Under the pieces are notes generated by a model that searched no databases, had not been told where the DNA came from, and worked only from the letters and a program-made list of their open reading frames with translations. Below are positions 1 through 9,285 of a stretch of 64,000 nt of DNA, piece after piece (within the stretch, counting starts at the first letter, position 1; each line of letters starts with the position of its first letter). Location: sequence record NC_023610.1; one strand, 5' to 3'. A program made the translations under genes and the position numbers.

Positions 1-2
1 AA

Positions 3-1415
3 GAAACCCTGGGCACCCGCCTGTATCGCTTCCAGTTCATGAAGCGTGCGGATGAACTCTCATCCCCGTCTGCGGTCACCACGACCTACGACGAAACCAG
101 CATCCTGTTCTCCTTCAAAGAGAACGTCGTTGACAAAGATGCGGGTAACACGATTTACGACCTGAACGAACGTATCCCGGGCCGTTGGACCGACGATGCC
201 ATCGACACCATGCAACGCCCACCGGTTGGCTCTGTGAATTACTATCAGGCGAACCTCGAAGCGTTCCTGGCGAAAGTACAGGCGAACGAATCGGCGTTCA
301 CTGACACGATGCCGATTGGCACCGTGGAAGAAACCCTGCACCAGATGAACTTCATCAGTGCACAAAGCATCGACGGTATCCCGTACCACTCTCTGGTTAT
401 CCAGGGTGTGCTGAACGGTGCTGTCGCGCTGACTGCCAACACCACGCATTACCTGCAAGGTGGCGGTACCGGTACCATGACGAACAAAACTTTCAACGAG
501 GCAGTGAATAAAATCCTGACCGACGTTGATGGTGTTTACCGCCTGTCTAACCTCGCGCGTTATCCGTTCAACGCCGTGTGGGACACCGGGTTCGACATGG
601 ACACCAAGCTGCTGTTCCCGAAACTGCTGACCGCTCGTCCGGACTGCTGGATTGGCCTCAGTACACAGGATATCAGCCTGCCTGCGAACGACGAAGCTAC
701 GGATGAGTCAATCGCCCTGTCGCTGATGACCCGTTTGCAGCAGTACCCGGATTCCGTGGAGTTCAACACTCAGTCCTTCCGTGGTCTGATTGCTGGTCAC
801 TCTGCGCTTTGGGTAGGCGCTCAGCGTAAGATTGCTTGCGTACAGGGCATTGACCTGTACCGTAAGTTCTGCGACTGGGGCAAAGACCCAACTGGCCGCC
901 TGGATGAAGACAGTGCACCGGATAACGGTGACAACCGTATCGTTCAGCGCACCAAGAACATCTCCAACCTCGACATGTCGTATCGCGTGAAGCGTCGTCA
1001 GTGGATGGCTGGTATTTGCTACGTGGAAGACTACGACACCCGTTCGCAGTTCTACTCTGGCATCCAGTCCTTCTACCCAGACCAGACCTCGGTACTGCGT
1101 TCTGCGTTGGTGGGTCTCTGCGTGGCCAACATCAACCGCTATGCGTGGGAAGTCTGGCGTTCCTATACGGGTAACCAGAACCTGACCGATGCACAGCTGG
1201 TAGAACGGTCCGAGAAGCAGATTGCTGCTCGCATCGCTGCGAACATTCCGAACGGCCGTATGATTGCCAAGCCGCACGCCGAAATCACTCGTCTCGACGA
1301 TGACAACGGTTACAGCTGGACTCTGCGCACTGACATCGGGGTGAGCGGTATGCGTACCGTTCTGAACGCCTCTGTTGTGGCCTACCGTCGTGAGGAGCTG
1401 GAAGACAATGGCTAA
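3..1415 (+). CDS. Contractile tail sheath protein, C-terminal part (5'-truncated; phiKZ gp29-like)
   Basis: Frame is open from nt 3. Sheath-like C-terminal motifs (WDTGF, YVEDYDTRSQFY, YSWT). Directly followed by a ~290-aa tube-sized gene, the sheath-tube order of phiKZ-like phages. Confidence 0.8.
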   Translation, partial: ETLGTRLYRFQFMKRADELSSPSAVTTTYDETSILFSFKENVVDKDAGNTIYDLNERIPGRWTDDAIDTMQRPPVGSVNYYQANLEAFLAKVQANESAFTDTMPIGTVEETLHQMNFISAQSIDGIPYHSLVIQGVLNGAVALTANTTHYLQGGGTGTMTNKTFNEAVNKILTDVDGVYRLSNLARYPFNAVWDTGFDMDTKLLFPKLLTARPDCWIGLSTQDISLPANDEATDESIALSLMTRLQQYPDSVEFNTQSFRGLIAGHSALWVGAQRKIACVQGIDLYRKFCDWGKDPTGRLDEDSAPDNGDNRIVQRTKNISNLDMSYRVKRRQWMAGICYVEDYDTRSQFYSGIQSFYPDQTSVLRSALVGLCVANINRYAWEVWRSYTGNQNLTDAQLVERSEKQIAARIAANIPNGRMIAKPHAEITRLDDDNGYSWTLRTDIGVSGMRTVLNASVVAYRREELEDNG

Positions 1416-2271
1416 GAAAGACCCGAATACCATCATGAACTCCGGCGAATCCTACGCTAAAGGGACCTACGGTCCCGTTACTAGCCTGGAAATCCCCGGA
1501 CAGGGTGGTTACACCAACAACCTGGAGTTCTACCATGCTGCGGCGGACTACACCCGTCGCCCGGTCATTCCTTTCCTCATGGAGGCCCCAGCGGGCTTCC
1601 AGGATTTGAACGACCCGGACAAGCGTGTGGCTGCTCTGAAGGCGCTCATCGAATTACACCCTCGCCGCATCACTGGTCTTGACCAGTCGCTCGAAGTGGA
1701 ATACGTGAGCACGCCGTTCGGTGCTGCGGGTGAAGAAATGGAAACGCTGGCGAAAGTCAAACGTGCCCGTTCTCAGCCACAGTTCGAATGGGTGGAGAAA
1801 ATCGGTACTCCGGTGAAATGGTTCTGGCAGGATTACATCATTAACCTGCTGGGTAACCCTGACACCAACGTCCCCGCTGTCGTTGCCCGTGGCCGTAACA
1901 CGCCATACGGTTTGTACCCGGACTACACGGCCTTCACCGTGCTGTTCGTGGAACCAGACCCAACGCAGAAGTACGTTGTGGAAGCGTGGCTCTGTACCAA
2001 CATGATGCCACGTGCCGGTGCGAAAATCGAAGGTTCTCGTGACATCACGGAAACCCCAGAGAACGTTACCCACTCCATCGGCTTCACCTGCCTGCAACAG
2101 GTTGGTGCTGGCGTGCGTAAGCTTGGTCAGCAGCTGCTGGACACGGCGAACCAGACAGGTATCGACCCGTCTCAACGTCGTGCATGGCTCCAGGCGATTG
2201 AAGCGGACGTTAAGTCTGCGGATACCGGTTACCTGAGCTCCATGACTGCCGCGAAGAACGCAATGGTGTAA
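1408..2271 (+). CDS. Tail tube protein (phiKZ gp30-like)
   Basis: ATG at 1408 after GAGGAG, overlapping the sheath stop; 287 aa; followed by a strong terminator. Confidence 0.75.
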   Translation: MAKKDPNTIMNSGESYAKGTYGPVTSLEIPGQGGYTNNLEFYHAAADYTRRPVIPFLMEAPAGFQDLNDPDKRVAALKALIELHPRRITGLDQSLEVEYVSTPFGAAGEEMETLAKVKRARSQPQFEWVEKIGTPVKWFWQDYIINLLGNPDTNVPAVVARGRNTPYGLYPDYTAFTVLFVEPDPTQKYVVEAWLCTNMMPRAGAKIEGSRDITETPENVTHSIGFTCLQQVGAGVRKLGQQLLDTANQTGIDPSQRRAWLQAIEADVKSADTGYLSSMTAAKNAMV

Positions 2272-2285
2272 TAACCGTGCATAGA

Positions 2286-2318
2286 CCCAGGAGCCTTTCG
2301 GGGCTCCTGGGCTATTTA
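2286..2318 (+). terminator. Intrinsic terminator after sheath/tube operon
   Basis: CCCAGGAGCC-TTTCGG-GGCTCCTGGG hairpin followed by CTATTTA. Confidence 0.75.
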
Positions 2319-2513
2319 TGCTGGCTTCAGTTCGAACTCGAATTTGTGTTTGCAATGACGACACTTCCATTTCAGTAACGGTTTGGACCAATCAATCAGT
2401 TGCACTTGTACAGACGCGCATTCGGGACAAGGGCGCATTTGTTTCGCTGCTGCTTCTCGTCGGTCGGCCATTTGTAATCCGTGAGTTAGCCACCCGTTAA
2501 AGTTTCCATCCAT
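2316..2513 (-). CDS. Small zinc-ribbon protein
   Basis: 65 aa with CPEC...CRHC; GGAGG RBS upstream. Confidence 0.65.
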   Translation of the reverse strand: MDGNFNGWLTHGLQMADRREAAAKQMRPCPECASVQVQLIDWSKPLLKWKCRHCKHKFEFELKPA

Positions 2514-2526
2514 ATTTCCTCCAGAG

Positions 2527-2552
2527 AATAAAAGCGGGGACCGAAGTCCCCG
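2527..2552 (-). terminator. cUUCGg-loop terminator after endolysin
   Basis: Minus strand CGGGGAC-TTCG-GTCCCCG then CTTTTATT. Confidence 0.75.
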
Positions 2553-2570
2553 TTGAATAACTGAGCTGTG

Positions 2571-3248
2571 TTAGATAAGTGCGCGGCGGTTAACGAGCTG
2601 TTGACCCTTGCGCAGTTTCTGAGCTACTTTTGCAGCAGCTTCACTTTTCAGGATAACGCCATCGCCATCGACGTCCAGTCCTTTGTTTTGCAGGTAGGCG
2701 GTAGACCCTTTTGCCCAGAGACGATAGTTTTCAGGTTTCCCGACGGCCACCGGCCACAGGATACGCATGTAGATATCGCTTAGCGTTTGGAGCTTGCCGG
2801 TGTAAGGCTTGAAGAAGCGGTACACGTATTCCAGCTGCCCTTCCGCAGACATTTTCAGGAGTTCGGGTAATGACGTTCCGGCATCTTTGGCGGCTGCCGC
2901 ACCAAACTGAATCAGTCCGTAGTACGGCGCACCCGCAGCGTTCTTGATGGTAGGACTGAACGTCTCACCGGTTTCGAACGCCATACAACCCATCATTTTA
3001 TCCGGGCCGTCATCAGGGAGTTGCAACTTGGTTGACATCACTCCCACGGCAGTAGTAAAGGCCGGGCTGACTTTACCTGACCAGGCAATGTCATAAATCC
3101 CTTTTGTTACCAGGTTACCCTTTCCTGCGTCTAGCGCGGCATCGAACGCTCCTTGTGACACATTGCCCCAGATTCCATCGACAATCCCTGAATACAACCC
3201 AAGGTTCTTCAGGTTTTGTTGCACAGCTTTGATGCTTGCTACACTCAT
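2571..3248 (-). CDS. Modular endolysin: N-terminal peptidoglycan-binding domain plus lysozyme/SLT-like catalytic domain
   Basis: Q..LK.LGLYSG.VDGIWG PG-binding motif; MAFETG...YYGLIQF catalytic motif; NKGLDVDGDG.I EF-hand-like motif. Confidence 0.85.
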   Translation of the reverse strand: MSVASIKAVQQNLKNLGLYSGIVDGIWGNVSQGAFDAALDAGKGNLVTKGIYDIAWSGKVSPAFTTAVGVMSTKLQLPDDGPDKMMGCMAFETGETFSPTIKNAAGAPYYGLIQFGAAAAKDAGTSLPELLKMSAEGQLEYVYRFFKPYTGKLQTLSDIYMRILWPVAVGKPENYRLWAKGSTAYLQNKGLDVDGDGVILKSEAAAKVAQKLRKGQQLVNRRALI

Positions 3249-3895
3249 TTTTTCGGTTTCCCAAAGTACTTCGCTACGTGGTTGTGAATCGCCCGGTCAA
3301 TGACGGTCACCATTCCAGAAGCGCAGGTGATACGATTGGGGTATCCCCCGTAGCGTGCGTCACGGTTCCAAGGTTGGTCCATCACGTACACACTATCAGC
3401 ACCTTCACTTGTCCCGTGTTCAAAATTATGGCACGGGCGGTCATCGAAAAGAATGTGGTCGTATTGCGGCTGGTTCTTTAACAACCAGGCCATTTTGTCG
3501 GAGTGAACCTTCGGGTCCAGGTAGACAATGTTCATGTGCTGGAGCTTATCCCGGCACAACGCCTGACGGGTCAGGGCCGGACCCTGTTCATGGTAACCGC
3601 GGTGCGTCACAAACTGGAAGCGCGCAACTCTCGCCCAGTGAGTACGCATACGGTTGAAGTACCCTTCGCATTTTTCAAATTCCTTGCGCAGCGGTGTGCT
3701 CGCCATGAAAGATGCTGATGTCAGTATCTCGGGTAGTAGACCGTCCGTGTTCTCCGGGGTGAGGTAACAGTCGCGTGGTGCGTTGTACCCGTACTCGGCC
3801 AGAAGGATGCGGCACATCTCTGGTTCCGTATCGTAAATGCAATCGTCGAGGTCAATGTTAACACAAAGTAATCGACGAAGGTTCACGTTGTTCAT
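3245..3895 (-). CDS. HAD-superfamily phosphatase (5'(3')-deoxyribonucleotidase-like)
   Basis: Motif I IDLDDCIYD, motif II VTHRG, motif IV LFDDRP; 4-nt overlap with endolysin start. Confidence 0.7.
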   Translation of the reverse strand: MNNVNLRRLLCVNIDLDDCIYDTEPEMCRILLAEYGYNAPRDCYLTPENTDGLLPEILTSASFMASTPLRKEFEKCEGYFNRMRTHWARVARFQFVTHRGYHEQGPALTRQALCRDKLQHMNIVYLDPKVHSDKMAWLLKNQPQYDHILFDDRPCHNFEHGTSEGADSVYVMDQPWNRDARYGGYPNRITCASGMVTVIDRAIHNHVAKYFGKPKK

Positions 3896-4030
3896 GTTCT
3901 CGCTTCCTTTAACATTAGGTATCGTGCGCTTCGTAGACGCATAAGAACCGAAGCTAATCCTTAAAAAATGACCGAAAGTTGCACATCTTTATATGTTTTA
4001 CTAGGGGACTGAAGTTTGGTGGAGAACGCT

Positions 4031-4564
4031 ATGAGTTATCTGAACAAACCGTCCGACACCCTAATGCTCGACCTTATTAACAACACACCCGGGAATATCC
4101 CGGTGCGCCGTGACCAAATCACCTTCGGGAAGCCGATTGCCAAAATCAGCTCCGACCCGAATGTGAATACCGGTCTCCGGGTCAGTGCTGTGGTAGGGAA
4201 AGGCTACACGGGTTATGTGGATGTAGAGTACTTCCGTCTCGATATCGCCAGCCTCTTTGAAGGAATCGACGTTATTCTTGACGTACCAGATGCGCAGACC
4301 AGTAGCGACTTACTGGCGCGGCTGAACGCTAAGTACGATTTAGGTATCGTTGCAACCGAAGTGATTGAAAACCCCGTCTCTCACGACGTGACGGATGCTA
4401 ATGGGGCAATGCATACACTGTTCTTTAAGGACTCCCTCGTTTACATCGGTCACTTAACCCTTTGGGTAGGACCGGAAGACGGTTCTAACATCATCCGTTG
4501 GGAAGATGGTAGCGCCATGCGATGGGAAGACGGGTCAGTGATGATGCTGGAAGAAACAGCGTAA
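4031..4564 (+). CDS. Virion structural protein, tail-fibre associated
   Basis: GGAG RBS then ATG 4031. Y.GYVDVEYFRLDI...LLARLNAKYDLG motif typical of jumbo-phage fibre-base proteins; tandem RWEDGS repeat at the C-terminus. Confidence 0.6.
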   Translation: MSYLNKPSDTLMLDLINNTPGNIPVRRDQITFGKPIAKISSDPNVNTGLRVSAVVGKGYTGYVDVEYFRLDIASLFEGIDVILDVPDAQTSSDLLARLNAKYDLGIVATEVIENPVSHDVTDANGAMHTLFFKDSLVYIGHLTLWVGPEDGSNIIRWEDGSAMRWEDGSVMMLEETA

Positions 4565-4590
4565 ACCTATAGGTGAATACGGAGTACACG

Positions 4591-7500
4591 ATGGCTAACG
4601 GTCAAACCCCTGTACAGGGTAGCATCATGTCGATGCCGGTACTCGCCGACTGGACGGGACAGGAGTACGTCCCGGTCGTTGATGAGACTGGCAACAACAA
4701 ACGTGTTCTTCTCGAAGACCTGAAAGGGCGTGACGCATACGAGGTAGCCAAGGAAGCGGGCTACACGGGCACTCTCCAAGAGTGGCTGGCGTCCCTGAAA
4801 GGTGAGAAGGGCGATAAAGGCGATAAGGGCGATAACGGAGCCGACGGTAAGTCGAACTACGACCTCGCCGTGGAACAGGGTTATCAGGGCGACCTGGCAT
4901 CCTGGCTGCTCACGCAAAAAGGCGCGGACGGTAACGACGGTAAAGACGGTGTTGATGGCATGTTGCCAGACTTCACTCCGGTGGCTGTTGAAACCGACCA
5001 CGTCACCGAAGCTGACTTCCTGACATTGATGACCGCTGCGGTCAACGGTGCGAAGCCAGCAGATGTCACCAGCAAGATGCTGATGATTGACCATGAAGGC
5101 GCGGTGGGTGAAAGCTCACTGGGCGGTTGGACCATTTACCCTACCGAATCCGGTCGTTACGTTTACGTCTTCGGTCGTAATGCGCTGGGTAACGGTCAGC
5201 AAGGTAACTATTCAGCCTACATGCCGGATGGCGGTAGTCCGCAATTCCTGTCCTGGTCCGCTTCTGAAAAGGGCGAACAGGGTATCCAGGGTATTGACGG
5301 TAAGCCGGGTATCTCCGTCGTACCGAAAGGTACCACCCCTTCTCAGGTAGCTTTGCCGGTTGCAAGTGAGTCTAACGCAGGTTGGATGTTCACGAACGAC
5401 GGTAGCGTAACTGCTTCTGATAAAGGTACGCTCTACGTCTCCGACGGTACTCAGTGGGTAATCCAGGGGAACATCCTGGGTCCGCAGGGCCTGAAGGGAG
5501 ACAAAGGCGATAAAGGCGACAAAGGTGATACCGGTACAGCCGGTAAGAACGCCGTCGGGATGCAGATTGTTGGCATCGTTGACAAAGAAGAAGACCTGCC
5601 TCCGGTCGCAGACTTCACCGCGGGTGATACCTACGTAGTAGGCACACACCTCTGGACGAAAGTCGGCACTGAGTGGGTCGACATCGGCGACTTCACTGGC
5701 CCTGATGGTCTGTCTGCGTACCAGGTTGCGAAAGCGAACGGGTTCGTGGGTACCGAAGCTGAATGGCTGTCAAGCCTGAAAGGTGCTGACGGTATCGGTC
5801 TGAAAATCATCGGTTCTCTGCCGTCAAAGGATAACCTCCCAGAAGTGGGCGAGAAGTCTGGTGATGCTTACATCATCAACTCCGTCATGTGGGTGTGGGA
5901 TACCGTTCAGTGGTCCCCGGTAGGTCAGGTTGGCCCGCAAGGTAAATCTGCTTACCAGTCTGCGCTCGACACCGGCTATGTCGGTACTGAAGCGGCCTGG
6001 ATTGCCTCCCTGAAAGGGAACAAAGGCGATAAAGGCGATAAAGGCGACCAGGGTGAAAAAGGTGAGAAGGGCGATAACGCTGCCGCAGTCATGCTGCGTG
6101 GCGAGAAGGCCGACGAAGCATCGCTGCCTTCTACCGGTAACACCGTCTCTGACGCGTGGCTGGTTGGCGGTAACATGTTCGTCTGGACCGGTACTGCCTG
6201 GTTCGATGCAGGTCCTATCCAGGGCCCTCAGGGCATCAAGGGCGATAAGGGTGATAAAGGCGACACCGGTGACACCGGTAAGTCTGCATTCGAAGTTGCC
6301 GTTGCTGGCGGTTTCTCCGGTACCCAAACCCAATGGTTGGCGTCTCTCGTAGGCAATGCTGTTAAGGCGAAAGGTACACTGGCTGACTTCGCTAACCTGG
6401 CGGGTGTGGTTTCTCCGGAAGCCGGTTGGGCCTACAACATCACTGGCGGCGCATCTGCTGGCCATCAGTTCATCTACGACGGGGCAACCTGGGTAGACAT
6501 GGGTGATGTTCGCGGAGCCAAAGGCGAGAAAGGTGACCAAGGTATTAAAGGTGATACCGGCGATGCCGGTGTAGACGGTGCAACCGCTTACGAAATCGCC
6601 CAAGGTGCTGGCTTTACTGGTACCGAAGCTGAATGGCTGAAGTCCCTGATTGGTCCGGGTCTGGTAGCGAAAGGTCACGTAACCGATTCTGCTGACCTGT
6701 TGAACGTCACTAACCCAGTTGCGGGTTGGGTCTACAATGTTCTCTCCGGCGACGATGCCGGTCACCAATTCATCTACAATGGTTCCGATTGGATTGACAT
6801 GGGCAACGTCCGTGGCGACCAGGGTATCCAGGGTGATAAAGGTGATAAAGGGGACAAGGGCGACACGGGTGCAACCGGTAATGCGGTTAACTACCGTGGT
6901 ACTGTAGCCACCTCTGACCTGCTGCCTTCCAGCGGTAACCAGGTTTCCGATGCGTACTTCGTGGGTGTAAACCTGTGGGTATGGAACGGTACCACCTGGA
7001 TTGACAACGGTAGCTTCCAAGGCCCACAAGGTCTGAAAGGCGATAAGGGTGACAAAGGGGATAAAGGTGATACTGGTACTACCGGTAAATCTGCGTACCA
7101 GTCCGCCGTTGATTCCGGGTTCTCTGGCACTGAATCTGCGTGGGTAACCTCGCTGAAAGGTACCACTGGTAAGTCCGCTTATCAGTCTGCGGTTGACGGC
7201 GGTTACGCTGGCACCGAAGCACAGTGGGTTGCTTCCCTGAAAGGGACCAACGGTACTAACGGTACGTCACTGGTTCCGAAAGGAACTGTTGCTGACCTGA
7301 CCGCACTGAACGCAGTGGCTAACCCGGTTGCTGGCTGGCTGTACAACATGACCTCTACGGGTCACGCGTACGTCTACAGCGGTAGCGCATGGGTCGACCA
7401 GGGCGATTGGCGTGGCCTCCAGGGCATCCAAGGTCTGACTGGTGACCAAGGTATTAAAGGTGATACCGGCGACGGCTATCGCTATAAAGGTACCGTGGCA

Positions 7501-8451
7501 ACGACTGGCGACCTGCCAACCACCGGCCAAGTGAAAGGTGACACCTACTTCGTAGGCACCAACATGAAGGTCTGGAACGGCACTGGCTGGGATGACGGCG
7601 GTAACTTCCAGGGTCCGCAAGGTATCCAGGGTGAAAAAGGTGACATTGGTGCGGGCATCAAGATTCTCGGTAAGAAAGACACCGAAGAAGACTTGCCAGC
7701 AACTGCCGATGCAGCCGGTGACGGTTACATGGTAGGCACCAACTTCTGGGTGTGGGACGGCACGGCATTCGTGAACGTCGGCGCAATCCAGGGGCCGAAA
7801 GGTGACCAAGGTCTCCGCGGTATCCAGGGCCTGAAAGGTGATAAAGGTGACAAGGGTGATAAGGGTGACACCGGTGACAAAGGCACCGCGTGGGTTGTCC
7901 TGGCACGTCCCCCAGCTGCGGCTGATGGTCGTATCGGTGACTACTACCTGAACTCCTCTACTCTCCAGTTCTTCGTGAAAACCTCTGACGTTCTGTGGGG
8001 CCCTCTGGGTTACCTCGGCGGCGGTAACGTGTACGACGGTCCTCAGGACGGTAAAGCGTACGCCCGTAAAGACGGTACATGGGTTCTCGTTGACGTTCTG
8101 GAAGCCCCAGACGACGGTAAGCAGTACGTACGTAAAGGTAAAGCGTGGGTTAGCTTCGACCATTACGACATGCCGCTGATTACGGTCACTGCGGGTGCGG
8201 TAGATGCGAGCAAAGGTAACGCCTATAAGCTCGATGCCACCGTGAACACCACGATTGCGTTCAGTAACCTCCCAGCCAACCGCGTGCAGACTCTGGTCCT
8301 CACGATGATGGGCAAAGGTGGTAACCTGACGTGGCCAGCAGCACTCAAGTGGTCGAATGCGAAAGCACCGACTCTGGGTACTACGCTGACCAACATCGTG
8401 GTTTACTGGGACGGCACGAACCTGACCGGCTCTGTTGGTCAGACCGTGTAA
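4591..8451 (+). CDS. Collagen-like long tail fibre (~1286 aa)
   Basis: Many (GDK)n/G-X-Y runs interrupted by GKSAY..A...G..GTEA.W..SLKG and KG.V...LP...GD.Y.V...WVW.G..W modules; two foldon-like repeats near the C-terminus; GGAG RBS before ATG 4591. Confidence 0.9.
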   Translation: MANGQTPVQGSIMSMPVLADWTGQEYVPVVDETGNNKRVLLEDLKGRDAYEVAKEAGYTGTLQEWLASLKGEKGDKGDKGDNGADGKSNYDLAVEQGYQGDLASWLLTQKGADGNDGKDGVDGMLPDFTPVAVETDHVTEADFLTLMTAAVNGAKPADVTSKMLMIDHEGAVGESSLGGWTIYPTESGRYVYVFGRNALGNGQQGNYSAYMPDGGSPQFLSWSASEKGEQGIQGIDGKPGISVVPKGTTPSQVALPVASESNAGWMFTNDGSVTASDKGTLYVSDGTQWVIQGNILGPQGLKGDKGDKGDKGDTGTAGKNAVGMQIVGIVDKEEDLPPVADFTAGDTYVVGTHLWTKVGTEWVDIGDFTGPDGLSAYQVAKANGFVGTEAEWLSSLKGADGIGLKIIGSLPSKDNLPEVGEKSGDAYIINSVMWVWDTVQWSPVGQVGPQGKSAYQSALDTGYVGTEAAWIASLKGNKGDKGDKGDQGEKGEKGDNAAAVMLRGEKADEASLPSTGNTVSDAWLVGGNMFVWTGTAWFDAGPIQGPQGIKGDKGDKGDTGDTGKSAFEVAVAGGFSGTQTQWLASLVGNAVKAKGTLADFANLAGVVSPEAGWAYNITGGASAGHQFIYDGATWVDMGDVRGAKGEKGDQGIKGDTGDAGVDGATAYEIAQGAGFTGTEAEWLKSLIGPGLVAKGHVTDSADLLNVTNPVAGWVYNVLSGDDAGHQFIYNGSDWIDMGNVRGDQGIQGDKGDKGDKGDTGATGNAVNYRGTVATSDLLPSSGNQVSDAYFVGVNLWVWNGTTWIDNGSFQGPQGLKGDKGDKGDKGDTGTTGKSAYQSAVDSGFSGTESAWVTSLKGTTGKSAYQSAVDGGYAGTEAQWVASLKGTNGTNGTSLVPKGTVADLTALNAVANPVAGWLYNMTSTGHAYVYSGSAWVDQGDWRGLQGIQGLTGDQGIKGDTGDGYRYKGTVATTGDLPTTGQVKGDTYFVGTNMKVWNGTGWDDGGNFQGPQGIQGEKGDIGAGIKILGKKDTEEDLPATADAAGDGYMVGTNFWVWDGTAFVNVGAIQGPKGDQGLRGIQGLKGDKGDKGDKGDTGDKGTAWVVLARPPAAADGRIGDYYLNSSTLQFFVKTSDVLWGPLGYLGGGNVYDGPQDGKAYARKDGTWVLVDVLEAPDDGKQYVRKGKAWVSFDHYDMPLITVTAGAVDASKGNAYKLDATVNTTIAFSNLPANRVQTLVLTMMGKGGNLTWPAALKWSNAKAPTLGTTLTNIVVYWDGTNLTGSVGQTV

Positions 8452-8458
8452 TTGATTA

Positions 8459-8486
8459 GGGCGGGGAAACCCGCCCTTCTCTTTTT
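8459..8486 (+). terminator. Terminator/attenuator between fibre and downstream chaperone-like gene
   Basis: GGGCGGG-GAAA-CCCGCCC then TTCTCTTTTT, running directly into the GGAG RBS of the next gene. Confidence 0.65.
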
Positions 8487-8496
8487 GGAGCCAAAG

Positions 8497-9177
8497 ATGA
8501 TTGTAAACAGTTCTACCCCGCTCATTCGTCCGTACGACCGTGACGGTAACCTGGTTATGCAATGGCCGGTGTACCTGATTGACGTACGTCGCGAGTGGCC
8601 GAACGTCAGTTTCTCAACGGAACAAAACGAAGAGAACCTGTACGACTTCGGTTACTGGCCACTGCTACCGGGTACGCGCCCAACGGGTGACGTAGTAACG
8701 GAAACCACCCCTATCCTGGTTGACGGGAAGTGGGTACAGCAGTACGAAGTCCGCGTTTATAACCCGGATGAAATCCAGCAGCAGTTCCAGGACGCAATGG
8801 CTGTTGCCTACGCGCGTCTGGATGGTCTTCTGGAAAACACCTACGGTCTGGGGTTCTCGTACACGAAATCTGAAGGCGTTGTCCATCAGTTCTCGTTGAC
8901 GTCGGATAACCAGCAGCTGATGACCGGTTTACATTTGCTTGCGAAACAGTCTGATGGTACCCGTGTGTTCAAACTCCGGACGCTGAGCAATATCACGGTG
9001 GATTACACCGCCGAAGAAGTCATTGCTCTGACAACGGCGTTGATGGAGTACGTGGTAAAAGTCCTGGAGAAACTCTGGGAACTGATGGATGACATTTCTG
9101 TCGCCACCCAGGTCAGTGAGATTCCGGAAATTCCGGATGTCATCACCACTGATTTCCTGGAACGTACCGCAGCGTAA
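8497..9177 (+). CDS. Putative tail fibre assembly/accessory protein (DUF4376-like C-terminus)
   Basis: Follows the fibre. N-terminal P.GDVVTETTPILVDGKWVQQYEVR and a helical C-terminus resemble fibre-assembly proteins. Confidence 0.5.
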   Translation: MIVNSSTPLIRPYDRDGNLVMQWPVYLIDVRREWPNVSFSTEQNEENLYDFGYWPLLPGTRPTGDVVTETTPILVDGKWVQQYEVRVYNPDEIQQQFQDAMAVAYARLDGLLENTYGLGFSYTKSEGVVHQFSLTSDNQQLMTGLHLLAKQSDGTRVFKLRTLSNITVDYTAEEVIALTTALMEYVVKVLEKLWELMDDISVATQVSEIPEIPDVITTDFLERTAA

Positions 9178-9183
9178 TAAACC

Positions 9184-9215
9184 AAAAGAGGACTGGTTTC
9201 CCAGTCCTCTTTTTT
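9184..9215. terminator. Bidirectional-type terminator
   Basis: AAAAGAGGACTGG-TTTC-CCAGTCCTCTTTTTT. Confidence 0.8.
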
Positions 9216-9285
9216 ATTCTCTTTTTCAGCACCATTATAGGGCAGTTTACTATGACCTCAGCCCGTAACTACCTAAGGGACAACC

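Noticed and set aside
4591-8451. CRISPR-like or satellite array from the 9-bp and longer repeats
   Set aside because: Repeats are in-frame codons for G-X-Y collagen triplets and protein modules; there is no repeat-spacer structure.
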